Positions 8,321 through 17,756 of a stretch of 64,000 nucleotides of DNA are shown in pieces. Position 1 is the first letter of the stretch. Each line of letters opens with the position of its first letter. A model generated the notes under the pieces. It had not been told where the DNA came from. It searched no databases and saw only the letters and a list, made by a program, of their open reading frames with translations. A program made the translations under genes and the position numbers. Source of the stretch: an uncultured delta proteobacterium (GTDB lineage Bacteria; Desulfobacterota; Binatia; Binatales; Binataceae); NCBI GenBank assembly GCA_963724765.1, contig CAVRVY010000004.1:768001-832000 (forward strand), in the 5' to 3' direction.

Positions 8321-9457
8321 TCAGGCGGCCGCCCTGCGATACACGCGCGGCACGCGTTTGCCGACCGTACACAGCATCTCGTAAGAGATGGTCTGAGCGA
8401 GGCGCGCGATGTCGTTGACGCTGATCATCGCCTCGCCCGCGCCGCCCCACAGGATGACCTCGTCGCCGATTGCCGCACCGGGTACGTCAGTCAGGTCTAC
8501 CATGGTCAGATCCATGCACACCGCACCGACCACCGGCGCGCGCCGCCCGCGTATCATCACTTCACCGCCGTGCTGAAGTCCACGCCGATAGCCGTCGGCG
8601 TAGCCGACCGCGAGCACGCCGATCGCGCTCGGGCGCGGCGTGACGAAGGTATGGCCATAGCTGACGCCGACTCCCGCCGGCACGCGCTTGACCTGGACCA
8701 CGCGGGTTTTAAAGGTCATCACGGGCCGCAGTTCCACCCGCTCGCGCACGGCCGGCACGGGCGGCAATCCATAAATCGCAAGGCCGGGGCGCAGCAGACT
8801 ATAGTGCGCGTCGGGCCGCAAAATCGAGGCAGCGGAATTGGCGACATGGGCGACCCGCGGATCGATCCCTGCCGCGCGCAGCCGCGCCGTCGCGGCGTTG
8901 AACACTTCAAGTTGCGCGCCGGTTACGGGGCTTTGAGGATCGCCGGCATTGACCAGCAAGGTGCACACGCCCTCGACGGTCAGCGACGGTGCGCGGCCGA
9001 GTTCCGCGACTACGTGGTCCAGTTCGTCGGGCAGAATCCCGAGCCGGGTCGCGCCGCTGTCGACCTTAAGATGAATCTGAAAATTCGCGCGGGCCTGCGC
9101 TTCCACCGCGCGCCCCAACGGTGCGATCAGCGCCACGTCGTACACGAATGGCGTGAGGTCGAGGCCGACGATCTCCGCGGCCTCACCGGCAAGAAATCCT
9201 CCCAGGAGGTAGATACGTTCGTGCACGCCGGCCGCGCGCAACTCACGCGCCTCGCACACCCGGGCGACGCCGAAATGGCCGCAGCCCTCACCGCGCAATG
9301 CGCGCGTGACTTCAATCGCACCGTGCCCGTACGCGTCGGCCTTGACCACCGCCATCAGTTCCGCGCCGCTGCCAGCCGCCTTGATCGCCTGGTAGTTGGC
9401 GCCGAGCGCTCCCAGATCGATCTCGGCCACGCTCGGCGGCCCGTTCACGATTTCCAT
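8321..9457 (-). CDS. alr: Alanine racemase (with some atypical active-site residues)
   Basis: AVVKADAYGHG PLP lysine, RPGLAIYG, GVSYG, GYADG, CMD, TISYE. Confidence 0.9.
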   Translation of the reverse strand: MEIVNGPPSVAEIDLGALGANYQAIKAAGSGAELMAVVKADAYGHGAIEVTRALRGEGCGHFGVARVCEARELRAAGVHERIYLLGGFLAGEAAEIVGLDLTPFVYDVALIAPLGRAVEAQARANFQIHLKVDSGATRLGILPDELDHVVAELGRAPSLTVEGVCTLLVNAGDPQSPVTGAQLEVFNAATARLRAAGIDPRVAHVANSAASILRPDAHYSLLRPGLAIYGLPPVPAVRERVELRPVMTFKTRVVQVKRVPAGVGVSYGHTFVTPRPSAIGVLAVGYADGYRRGLQHGGEVMIRGRRAPVVGAVCMDLTMVDLTDVPGAAIGDEVILWGGAGEAMISVNDIARLAQTISYEMLCTVGKRVPRVYRRAAA

Positions 9458-9557
9458 CGATGCCTGAAACCGTCCTTGTTATTCTCTCGCCGGATGGCTT
9501 GATGATACCGGCCCGACCTCTTTTTTGACACTCCCCTGCCCAAGTGATATTCACATA

Positions 9558-9645
9558 ATTGGCTGGGGGTGTGCGCGCAGAGAGGCGCACTGAGAAGGAA
9601 AACCCCTCGAACCTGATCCGGGTAATGCCGGCGTAGGGAAGCCGC
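9558..9645 (+). ncRNA. TPP (thiamine pyrophosphate) riboswitch aptamer
   Basis: GGGG...CTGAGA...ACCC...GAACCTGATCCGGGTAATGCCGGCGTAGGGAAG THI-box consensus directly upstream of thiS. Confidence 0.95.
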
Positions 9646-9688
9646 GCTCCGCCCCTTGCTGGACGGCGGAACGATCGCGGTTCCGCCC

Positions 9689-9724
9689 AAAGCCGCTTGC
9701 CCGAAATCGGGGAAGCGGCTTTTT
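9689..9724 (+). terminator. Riboswitch expression platform: terminator/SD-sequestering hairpin
   Basis: AAAGCCGCTTGCCCG-AAAT-CGGGGAAGCGGCTTTTT, ending 2 nt before the thiS ATG. Confidence 0.75.
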
Positions 9725-9726
9725 CG

Positions 9727-9948
9727 ATGTCCGAGATTCCATCGCGCTTCGCAATTCAACTCAACGGTGAGGAGTACACGGTCGACGGCGACCCGAGTCT
9801 GCCCGCGCTACTCGAACGGCTCAAGATGCGCCGCGGCCGGGTGGCGGTCGAAATCAACCAGGCCGTTATACCGCGCGCAGAATACGACGCGGTCAATATC
9901 AAACCCGGCGACACGGTCGAGGTAATCAACTTCGTTGGAGGCGGCTAG
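9727..9948 (+). CDS. thiS: Sulfur carrier protein ThiS
   Basis: [21 protein letters not shown]-terminal GG; ATG at 9727 after the riboswitch. Confidence 0.93.
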   Translation: MSEIPSRFAIQLNGEEYTVDGDPSLPALLERLKMRRGRVAVEINQAVIPRAEYDAVNIKPGDTVEVINFVGGG

Positions 9949-9994
9949 CGCGCCGGCGTGCGCGCCGCGCGCGCAACCCGTGTATGATCGATTC

Positions 9995-10771
9995 ATGGAA
10001 CATGATCAATTTGAACTGGCCGGCAAGGTCTTTCATTCAAGACTGATCGTCGGCACCGGCAAGTACCGCGACTTCGCCGAAACCCGCGCGGCGGTCGAGG
10101 CGAGCGGCGCCGAGATTGTCACGGTGGCTGTGCGCCGGGTCAATATCGCCGACCGCAAGAGCGAGAACCTGCTCGATTACATCGATCCCAAGCGCTACCA
10201 GATTCTGCCCAACACGGCCGGATGCTACACCGTCGAAGAGGCGGTGCGCACCTGCCGCCTGGCGCGCGAGGTCGGCGTCGGCGACATGGTCAAGCTCGAA
10301 GTCATCGGCGATCAGAAAACCCTGTTTCCCGACGTGCCGGCTACAATCGAGGCGGCGAAAATCCTGGTCAAGGAAGGCTTCAAGGTCCTGCCCTACATCA
10401 CCGACGATCCGGTGGCGTGTTTGCGGCTGGCGGATATCGGCTGCGCGGCGGTGATGCCGCTGGCGGCGCCGATTGGCTCGGGCATGGGCATCCGCAACCC
10501 CTTCAACCTGCGCATCATCATCGAGCAGGCGAAGGTCCCGGTGATCGTCGATGCCGGCGTGGGCACGGCGTCGGACGCGGCCGAAGCGATGGAGATTGGC
10601 TCCGACGGACTGCTGATCAACTCCGCGATCGCGGGGGCCAAAGACCCGATCGCGATGGCGCATGCGATGAAGCTCGCGATCGAAGCCGGACGTATCGCAT
10701 ATCTTGCGGGACGAATCGAGCAGAAGCTTTACGCAACGGCCTCAAGTCCGCTCAGCGGCTTGATTCGCTAA
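9995..10771 (+). CDS. thiG: Thiazole synthase
   Basis: [45 protein letters not shown]. Confidence 0.97.
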   Translation: MEHDQFELAGKVFHSRLIVGTGKYRDFAETRAAVEASGAEIVTVAVRRVNIADRKSENLLDYIDPKRYQILPNTAGCYTVEEAVRTCRLAREVGVGDMVKLEVIGDQKTLFPDVPATIEAAKILVKEGFKVLPYITDDPVACLRLADIGCAAVMPLAAPIGSGMGIRNPFNLRIIIEQAKVPVIVDAGVGTASDAAEAMEIGSDGLLINSAIAGAKDPIAMAHAMKLAIEAGRIAYLAGRIEQKLYATASSPLSGLIR

Positions 10772-10797
10772 GGACGCTATATTCGTTAAAGCGACCA

Positions 10798-11508
10798 TTG
10801 GACAGCGCGCTCAGTCCGCCGCCCAAGTTCCAGCTCTACCTGATCAGCGACCGCCGTCTGATCGCGCCGCGCGATCTCGCGGAGGTCTGCGACGAAGTGC
10901 TCGGCGCGCTCGCGCGCGACGAGCCGGCCATCCGCCTCGCAGTCCAGCTTCGCGAAAAGGACCTCGGCGGCCGCGAGCTTTATCAACTTGCGATGGCCCT
11001 ACGCCCGATATGCACCCGGCATCGCGCGCTTCTGATGGTGAATGACCGGATCGACGTCGCCCTGGCCGCCGGAGCCGACGGCGCGCATCTGCCCGCCAAC
11101 TCGGTCGCGATCGCCGACGCGCGACGGCTCTTAGGGTCGTCGCGGCTAATCGGCGTCTCGACGCACAGCGCTGCGGAGGCCGCGGATGCGGCCGCCGCGG
11201 GCGCCGACTTCGCGGTGTTCGGGCCGGTGTGGCCGCCGCTCTCGAAGCCCGGCTACGGCCCGGCACGCGGCGCCGAGTCCCTCGGCGCCGCGTGCCGGGC
11301 CGTAGCCGGGATGCCGCTCTACGCGCTCGGCGGGGTCACCGTCGAGCGCGTAGAGGCGCTGGGCGCGCCCAGCGGGGCGGCCGCCGCCTTCGGCGGCGGC
11401 CGCCCCGCTGGGCTCGCCGTCATCGGCGCCGTATTCGGCGCCGATAACCCGGTGGTCGCGGCGCTTGCGCTCGCGCGCGCGATGCGGCGCGCGCTCGCGC
11501 CGCGCTAA
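10798..11508 (+). CDS. thiE: Thiamine phosphate synthase / TenI family
   Basis: LYLISDR, VQLREKD, VNDRIDVA, IGVSTHS, YALGGV; the TTG start is approximate. Confidence 0.85.
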   Translation: MDSALSPPPKFQLYLISDRRLIAPRDLAEVCDEVLGALARDEPAIRLAVQLREKDLGGRELYQLAMALRPICTRHRALLMVNDRIDVALAAGADGAHLPANSVAIADARRLLGSSRLIGVSTHSAAEAADAAAAGADFAVFGPVWPPLSKPGYGPARGAESLGAACRAVAGMPLYALGGVTVERVEALGAPSGAAAAFGGGRPAGLAVIGAVFGADNPVVAALALARAMRRALAPR

Positions 11509-11559
11509 CGGGCGGGATGCGCGAGCGGCTAAAAGCCGCTCGCGCATCCCGCCCGTTTT
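11507..11559 (+). terminator. Perfect 24-bp hairpin after thiE (intrinsic terminator or REP-like)
   Basis: AACGGGCGGGATGCGCGAGCGGCT-AAA-AGCCGCTCGCGCATCCCGCCCGTT followed by TT. Confidence 0.8.
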
Positions 11560-11814
11560 ACCCCCAACAGGATGACAAGCTCTTGTCCGCAACCTGCTGC
11601 CGTGTACATTCGCGCCGCGATCGAACGAATGGATCGCGAGAACGCCGCTGCGATGCGTGCGGAAAACCCAGGTTGAGGCGTCGCACAGCGTTCACAAGGA
11701 GAGCATGCGGGTGAATGCGGAGTTCGCGGTACTCGAGCGCGACCCAGGCCTGAACGCGGCGAGCTTTGGCTGGCAAGCCTCAACCCGAGTCGAAGTTCTC
11801 GAACTTACTGAAAG

Positions 11815-13578
11815 TTACTGACTAACCAGAGCCGCTGCCGGTTCGAGTGTGACGGCGCCCTCGCCGAGCAGCATCGCCACCGCCTGCTCCTCCCATGCTC
11901 CGCTTGGCGGTGCGAGCGGATCCTGCGCGCTCAGACGATGCTCGACGACCATCCGCGAAAGCAACAGCCGCCGGCCGTTGTCCAGGCGCGCCGCCTCCCA
12001 AGCCATCAGCACCGCAGTGGCGGCGTTGTAGAGCGCGCCCGCCGCCATCCGCGCCAACCGGTCGCCCTCGGCGCCGGACGCGCGCGCGGCGAATGCGACT
12101 GCGCGATCGATCAACTCACCAAGCCGCGCGCGAAACTTTCGCGGCACCAAGCGCGACGCCTCGGCCAGGCGCGCATGCATAGCCGCGCCGAGCGCCTCAT
12201 GCGCGCCCATTTTTGCCGCCGCGCGGCCAATCGCGTCGAGCGCGTTGATGTTGCTGGTGCCTTCCCAGAGCACGCCGATTTGTGCATCGCGGACCAGGCG
12301 TGGATTTACCCAGTCCTCTATGTAGCCGTTGCCGCCGCGCATCTCCATCGCGCCCGTCGCCACGCGCAGATTGTCGCGGCACGCACGGAACTTGAAGAGC
12401 GGAGTCAGGATGCGCAGCAGATGTGCCGCGCTCTCATCGGCGCGATTAGCGCGGCCCATCACGTCAGCCGTCCACGCGTACATCGAGAGCGCCTGCTCCG
12501 CCGGCACCATCAGCTTCAGCAATTGACGGCGCACGAGCGGCATCTCGATCAGTGCACGGCCAAACGCGATACGGCTGCGGGCCACGCACAGCGCTTCGTT
12601 GACGCAGCGGCGCATCATCGCGGCGGCGCGCACACCGTGCGAGAGCCGCGACAGGTTGACCTGGTCGAGCATCTGCTTGAAGCCGGCGCGCAGTTCGCCG
12701 ACCTGCCACGCGAATGCGCCCTCGAGCCGAATCTCTCCGCTCGCCATCGAGCGCGTGCCAAGCTTGTCCTTCAGGCGCACGATGCGGTAGCGATTGCGGC
12801 TGCCGTCTTCGAGCCGCCGCGGCATCGCGAATAACCCCAGGCCGCGAGTGCCGGTGGCCGCGCCCTGCGGACGCGCCAGGATGAGCGCCAGGTCGGCGTC
12901 GGTGTGCGAGCAGAACCATTTCTCGCCGTAAAGCCGCCATTCGCCGTTTTCCTGCCGCGCCTCGCTCTCCAACGCGCCCACGTCCGAGCCGCCGGATTTC
13001 TCGGTCATGAACTGTGTGCCCTTCCACATCTCGGCCGGGTCCTGCGAGAGCAGGCGGGGCAAGAGCTTGCGTTTGAGCTCATCGCTGCCGTAGCGAAGGA
13101 TAATGAAGTTGCTGGTGTCCGAGACGCTGACCGGACACATCAGGCCGAACTCCGCCTGCACGAAGAGGTACTGGAAGCCGTACTTGGCGATCGGCGGCAT
13201 CGGCGCGGGCCATCCGAGCACGCCTGCGCGATGGCTCATCGCGTGTAATCCCAATTCATTGAAAGCGATGCGCTCCATCTCGCGGTAGGCGGGATGATAC
13301 TCGATCCAGTCCTCGTCGCGGCCGAAGCGGTCGCGCGGATGGAGCACCGGGGGGTGCTTGTCGGCGGCGTCGGCAAGTTCGTCGAGGCGGCCGCCCGCGA
13401 GTCCGCCGAGGCGATCGAGGTGGGGCTCGAGGTGGGCGCGCAACGCAGGCTCCATATAAAGGTCGAGTAGGCCGCGAAACGCGTCGTCGGCGCGGTAGAA
13501 GTTCATCCCGCGGCAATCGGACGCGACGTGATCGGAACCGGTTTTTTGCCGCGCGCCGCTATTGAGTCGGGCTTCCAT
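11815..13578 (-). CDS. Acyl-CoA dehydrogenase family protein (AidB-like)
   Basis: QFMTEKSGGSDV, GEKWFCS, RLKDKLGTRSMASGE, GGNGYIED, WEGTSN. Confidence 0.9.
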   Translation of the reverse strand: MEARLNSGARQKTGSDHVASDCRGMNFYRADDAFRGLLDLYMEPALRAHLEPHLDRLGGLAGGRLDELADAADKHPPVLHPRDRFGRDEDWIEYHPAYREMERIAFNELGLHAMSHRAGVLGWPAPMPPIAKYGFQYLFVQAEFGLMCPVSVSDTSNFIILRYGSDELKRKLLPRLLSQDPAEMWKGTQFMTEKSGGSDVGALESEARQENGEWRLYGEKWFCSHTDADLALILARPQGAATGTRGLGLFAMPRRLEDGSRNRYRIVRLKDKLGTRSMASGEIRLEGAFAWQVGELRAGFKQMLDQVNLSRLSHGVRAAAMMRRCVNEALCVARSRIAFGRALIEMPLVRRQLLKLMVPAEQALSMYAWTADVMGRANRADESAAHLLRILTPLFKFRACRDNLRVATGAMEMRGGNGYIEDWVNPRLVRDAQIGVLWEGTSNINALDAIGRAAAKMGAHEALGAAMHARLAEASRLVPRKFRARLGELIDRAVAFAARASGAEGDRLARMAAGALYNAATAVLMAWEAARLDNGRRLLLSRMVVEHRLSAQDPLAPPSGAWEEQAVAMLLGEGAVTLEPAAALVSQ

Positions 13579-13609
13579 AGCCGTCTCTCATCAGGCGCAG
13601 TCGAGGCTG

Positions 13610-14896
13610 CTAGAACGGATAGTTGATTCCCGAAAAAACTGCTGCGCCCTCGCCGCCCCAGCCGACGTCGACGTAGCCGACCACGAACGGCTCGGCGATC
13701 CCGCGAAAGCCCATCCCGCCCACCGGATGCAGGTCGGTGACGAAGTCGTCGCCCGGGTTGTGGAAGACGCGGCCGACGTCGAAAAACGGGGCCAGCTCCA
13801 GGATGCCGTGGGTATTGAAAATATCGGTTTCCCACACCCGCGAGCGCATCTCGACATTGATGTCGAAGAGGTTGTTATCGACGAACCGCCCGGCGCCATA
13901 GCCGCGCAGTGTCTGCTGGTTCATCAGCAGGCTCGATTCTCCGCCCAGCCGCGCCATCGACCAGAACGGAACCTCGTCACCGGCCGGCATGTATTGCAGA
14001 TAACCATGCGTAGCGAGCGTGATCTTGGGGCCGATCGGGAAGTAATGATGGATGTCGGCGCCGAAGCGGGTATACGAAACCGAACTCAAGAACCTGCGAT
14101 CGGCGATCGAGGCGTAAATCAGTTCGTAGCCGCCCTCGGTGGGGAGGTCGACCGAGTCGCGGGTGTCGTAGCTGGTCTGAATCTGGTTGAGCACTTCGGT
14201 GCCGCCGCTAAGCCCCTTGACGTTGGGAAACTCCTTGAAGATGCTCGGAATCGATTCGAAAGCGCCGTTGAAAATCCGCACATAGCGCGGCCGCTCGACC
14301 AGCGCGACCTGCAGGCGCGGCGTGATGTTGTAGCCGAGCGTCCCTTGGAAGTAGAGCTGCTCGGTCGTGTAGTTGCTCTCGTTGCCCTCGGAGGAATTGT
14401 TGCCGATTCCGAAGAAGCGCTCGGTCGGATCGCGCTCGAAGAAGAAGTGTAGCTCCAAGGAGAAATCGCTCTGATGGGTGCGGCCGGTCGCGTAATCCAA
14501 ATCAACGTGGCGCGCGATCTTTTCCTCGAACCCGGCGATCACATAGTACTGCGTGTCCGACGAAGGATACCCGAGATAGCGAAACGTGCCGCCGGGCCCC
14601 AGGGTCGGGTTGCTGATAATGTCGGGCGCCAGGATATTGTTGATCTCGCCCTGCTTGTCGGTGAACAGCATCGCGGCCAGCACCCCGTAGGTCACGCCGG
14701 AATTGGGGTCGGTCTCGATCTCCGGCACCGGCACGAGGGTGAAGGGCCAGTTATGCGGGTTGAGCACGGTCGGCCAGGTGTTCGGATTCAGATAGCCGGG
14801 CCAGCTATCGGGATTGAGCAAAGTGAAGGCGCGCGCCGGCAGGGCGCACAGCACCCACGACATCGACATCAGCACTATTACGAACAGTTTCTTCAT
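13610..14896 (-). CDS. Omp85/BamA-TamA family outer membrane protein without obvious POTRA domains
   Basis: Signal peptide (ARA-F), YDTRD, LRGY lid-loop motif, C-terminal INYPF. Confidence 0.8.
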   Translation of the reverse strand: MKKLFVIVLMSMSWVLCALPARAFTLLNPDSWPGYLNPNTWPTVLNPHNWPFTLVPVPEIETDPNSGVTYGVLAAMLFTDKQGEINNILAPDIISNPTLGPGGTFRYLGYPSSDTQYYVIAGFEEKIARHVDLDYATGRTHQSDFSLELHFFFERDPTERFFGIGNNSSEGNESNYTTEQLYFQGTLGYNITPRLQVALVERPRYVRIFNGAFESIPSIFKEFPNVKGLSGGTEVLNQIQTSYDTRDSVDLPTEGGYELIYASIADRRFLSSVSYTRFGADIHHYFPIGPKITLATHGYLQYMPAGDEVPFWSMARLGGESSLLMNQQTLRGYGAGRFVDNNLFDINVEMRSRVWETDIFNTHGILELAPFFDVGRVFHNPGDDFVTDLHPVGGMGFRGIAEPFVVGYVDVGWGGEGAAVFSGINYPF

Positions 14897-15151
14897 CGAT
14901 CGTTGATACGGATAAACACCTACAGCCAAGTCTTATGGCCTAACAACGTGACAGGCATTGCCACTTCGATCAACTATCAATTACTCCGCCATTTCCGCCC
15001 TCGCCTAAAATGTGCAAGGATTCCCGCAGGGCAAGCCCCGGGGTCATTATGCGACCCGGTCTGCGCACGGTTTGGGTGAGCCGCCCGCCAGGGCGGCGCG
15101 CCCCCATCCCGGCGCCACGGGCGGCCGAAATTTGCCAGGGAGGTTCTGCTG

Positions 15152-16843
15152 ATGCCTAAAGTCGACGGCGGTGAATTGGTTGCTCGCGTGATGCGGGAGA
15201 ACAGGGCGCGGTACTGCTTTTCCATCAATGGCGGGCATCTGTTCCCGATCCTCGCCCAGCTACGCGCCAACGAAATCAAGCTTATCCACATGCGTCACGA
15301 GCAGGCGACCGCCTACGCCGCCGATGCCTATGCGCGGATGACCGGGGAAGCCGGGGTATGCATGGTTACCGCCGGATGCGGGCTGACCAACGCGATGACC
15401 GGGCTATGCCTGGCCGCGATGACCAACAGCGCCGTAGTCTGCGTCTCGGGCCAGCATCCGAATACCGAGGACCATCAGGGTTCCTTCCAGGAGGCCTACG
15501 GCTCCGAGATGCTGAGCAGCTTCGCCAAATACACCAAGCGCGTGACCGACTGGAGCACGATCGAATTCGACATGCGCCTGGCCTTTCGCGAGGCGATCAC
15601 GCCGCCGCAGGGCGTGGCGCTGGTCGAGATTCCGCAGAACATCCTCTATGCCCATGACGAGGACAAGCGGCAGAGTCCCGGCGGAATGCGTTTCACGGTT
15701 GACGACGTCCGCTCGGCCGGCGACCCGACCAAGATCGACCGCGCGCTGGAGTTGCTGGTGGCGGCCGAACGCCCGCTGATTGCGGGCGGTGACGGACTCT
15801 TCTGGTCGCAGGCCGGCCCCGAGCTGCGCGAGTTCGTCGAGCTTACCTCGATTCCCGTCTACGCGCGGCGCGCCGGCCAGGGCTCGGTATCCGAGGAACA
15901 TCCGTTGGCGGTTCGCGGCGCCTTCAAGAAGCCCTTCACCGGACGCGCCGACGTCGTGCTCACGCTGGGCTTCCGTTTCTGGAGCGGCGAGCACTTCGGG
16001 CGCCCCAAGACCTGGAACGACAAGGCTAAATACATCCAGGTCGACCCGACCCCGAGCCGCATCGGATGGCAGGTGCCGGCGGAAGTTCCGCTGGTCGGCG
16101 ATCCCAAGCTCGTGCTGCGCCAGATGATCAACCGGATAAAGGAACTCAAGCTCGACTTCTCCAGGAATCGCGGCTCGCAGTGGATCAAGGAGCTGGCCGA
16201 GGTCCGTTCCAACTTCGAGCACCAGGTAATCGAGAACGCCAAGAAGTTTCACGCAAACCGTCCGATTCATCCGGCGCGGCTCGCCCGCGACCTGGTCTCG
16301 GTGCTCGACAAGAATTGCACCGTCGTGATCGACAGCTTCACGCTCTCGGGATGGATGAGCCAGAACTTCATCTGCCGCTTCCCGGGCCAGGTGATCGACG
16401 CCGGACCGCTGGCGCCGGTGGGCCACGGCTTCGGGATGGGAATCGGGGCGCAGCTCGCGCGGCCCGGCGCGCAAGTCGTGATGGTGATGGGCGACGGCGG
16501 CCTGGGCATCGGCGGCTGGGACATGGAGACGGCGGCGCGCTACAAGTTGCCGATCGTGTGTCTGCTGTGGAACAACAGTTCGTGGGGGCCGAGCTTCGAG
16601 TCGATGCCGCTGCTGAAGGATCGCACTGACCCGTTCAACATGCTCCAGGACATCCGCTACGACAAGATTTTCGCCGAGATGGGATGCCATGGCGAGAACG
16701 TCACGGACCCCGACCAGATAATCCCGGCGCTCGATCGCGCGTTCAAATCGGGCAAGCCGGCACTGGTCAACGTGATCGGCGACAAGACCGTCGGCCATCC
16801 CACGCTCGGCGGCAACCTGCTCGGATCGACCGGCACAAACTGA
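15152..16843 (+). CDS. ThDP-dependent enzyme (acetolactate synthase-like / 2-hydroxyacyl-CoA lyase or oxalyl-CoA decarboxylase-like)
   Basis: RHEQATAYAADAY, GSFQE, GDGG...NNSSWG ThDP-binding motif. Confidence 0.88.
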   Translation: MPKVDGGELVARVMRENRARYCFSINGGHLFPILAQLRANEIKLIHMRHEQATAYAADAYARMTGEAGVCMVTAGCGLTNAMTGLCLAAMTNSAVVCVSGQHPNTEDHQGSFQEAYGSEMLSSFAKYTKRVTDWSTIEFDMRLAFREAITPPQGVALVEIPQNILYAHDEDKRQSPGGMRFTVDDVRSAGDPTKIDRALELLVAAERPLIAGGDGLFWSQAGPELREFVELTSIPVYARRAGQGSVSEEHPLAVRGAFKKPFTGRADVVLTLGFRFWSGEHFGRPKTWNDKAKYIQVDPTPSRIGWQVPAEVPLVGDPKLVLRQMINRIKELKLDFSRNRGSQWIKELAEVRSNFEHQVIENAKKFHANRPIHPARLARDLVSVLDKNCTVVIDSFTLSGWMSQNFICRFPGQVIDAGPLAPVGHGFGMGIGAQLARPGAQVVMVMGDGGLGIGGWDMETAARYKLPIVCLLWNNSSWGPSFESMPLLKDRTDPFNMLQDIRYDKIFAEMGCHGENVTDPDQIIPALDRAFKSGKPALVNVIGDKTVGHPTLGGNLLGSTGTN

Positions 16844-16906
16844 CGTCGGCGAAACCGACGACTGGCCGCGCGCCGCGCGGTTTGCGGGCCTCGGCTGAGT
16901 GAACTC

Positions 16907-16948
16907 GATAGGGGCGGTGGGACCACGGTCTCATCGCCCCTTATCTTT
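16907..16948 (+). terminator. Long hairpin downstream of the ThDP enzyme gene
   Basis: GATAGGGGCGGTGGGACC-AC-GGTCTCATCGCCCCTTATC followed by TTT. Confidence 0.55.
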
Positions 16949-17002
16949 GACGCGCGGTGAAGGGACGCGGGACGCTTTCTCTCGCGCGCGGACCGTGTAA
17001 GC

Positions 17003-17572
17003 TTGGAAACGATGGTTGCCCAGCCTCTGCGTCGAGCGCTTCGCCTCGCGGCCGGGATGGCCGTGCTGATCCTGCCGGTCTCGCTTGGGCTCGCTCTGAC
17101 CGGATGCAAACTCACGGACGCGAATAAGGTCGCGGCCGTTCCGAAGAGCTGCCCCGATGGCGCCGAGCTCAAGGGCTCGCCACCGCCCAACGGCACGGAA
17201 ATCTGGTGCGAGAAGGATGTCGGCGGAATACCGGTCAAGGACGGCGCCTTCGTCGTCTACAACCTAAGCGGCAGCAGAATGATCGAGGGCAACTACCACG
17301 AGGGCAAACAGTCGGGCGAATGGACGATGTGGCACGCGAACGGCCAGCGCGCCTCGGTCGACCACTACACCGACGGCGTGCAGAACGGCTTGCACATCAG
17401 CTGGTACGCCAACGGCTCCAGAGCGATCGAGGGTGAATACCGCGACGGCAAACGCGAAGGCGTGTGGCATCGATGGGATCCCAACGGGTTCAAACAATGG
17501 ACCGACGTCTACAAAGACAACGAAAAGATCTCGGGTGATGTCAGCGATGGCCCCAAGACCAAGATTCCTTAA
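17003..17572 (+). CDS. MORN-variant repeat lipoprotein (YwqK-like)
   Basis: Lipobox LALTGC; repeats EGNYHEGKQSGEWTMWHANG, NGLHISWYANG, EGEYRDGKREGVW. Confidence 0.8.
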   Translation: METMVAQPLRRALRLAAGMAVLILPVSLGLALTGCKLTDANKVAAVPKSCPDGAELKGSPPPNGTEIWCEKDVGGIPVKDGAFVVYNLSGSRMIEGNYHEGKQSGEWTMWHANGQRASVDHYTDGVQNGLHISWYANGSRAIEGEYRDGKREGVWHRWDPNGFKQWTDVYKDNEKISGDVSDGPKTKIP

Positions 17573-17728
17573 ACCAGGATTCCCCTACCGCGTAACGCCG
17601 ATTCCCGCCGCCACATCGCGGCACGCCGGTTAAAAGAGGCGAGCAACTAGTGCGGTGAGTCTCAAGTTCGTTAAATACAATTCTCCGTCGATAGCCGTTC
17701 GTTGGACCTTTCTGTCCTGGCCTCTTGG

Positions 17729-17747
17729 GTCATCCTGAGCGAAGCGA
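17729..17747 (+). repeat. Partial REP-like element GTCATCCTGAGCGAAGCGA
   Basis: Matches the 5' half of the GTCATCCTGAGCGAAGCGAAGGATCT-type extragenic palindrome; lies between convergent genes; related copy at 58087-58123. Confidence 0.5.
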
Positions 17748-17756
17748 CTGTGAGCA

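Noticed and set aside
4892-9502. Long plus-strand ORFs (622, 450, 463 aa) opposite purD, purH and alr; similar ones at 13562-14452, 15404-16798, 23909-25489, 44935-47702 and 49726-50913
   Set aside because: Antisense shadow ORFs typical of high-GC codon bias; Arg/Ala-rich with no motifs, and overlapping clear genes.
10222-11508. 428-aa ORF suggesting a long ThiE or ThiG-ThiE fusion
   Set aside because: The N-terminal half is an off-frame overlap with thiG; ThiE similarity begins only at about 10798.
17003-17572. YwqK-like protein as a toxin-antitoxin or immunity module
   Set aside because: Only MORN-variant repeats plus a lipobox; no adjacent toxin gene.
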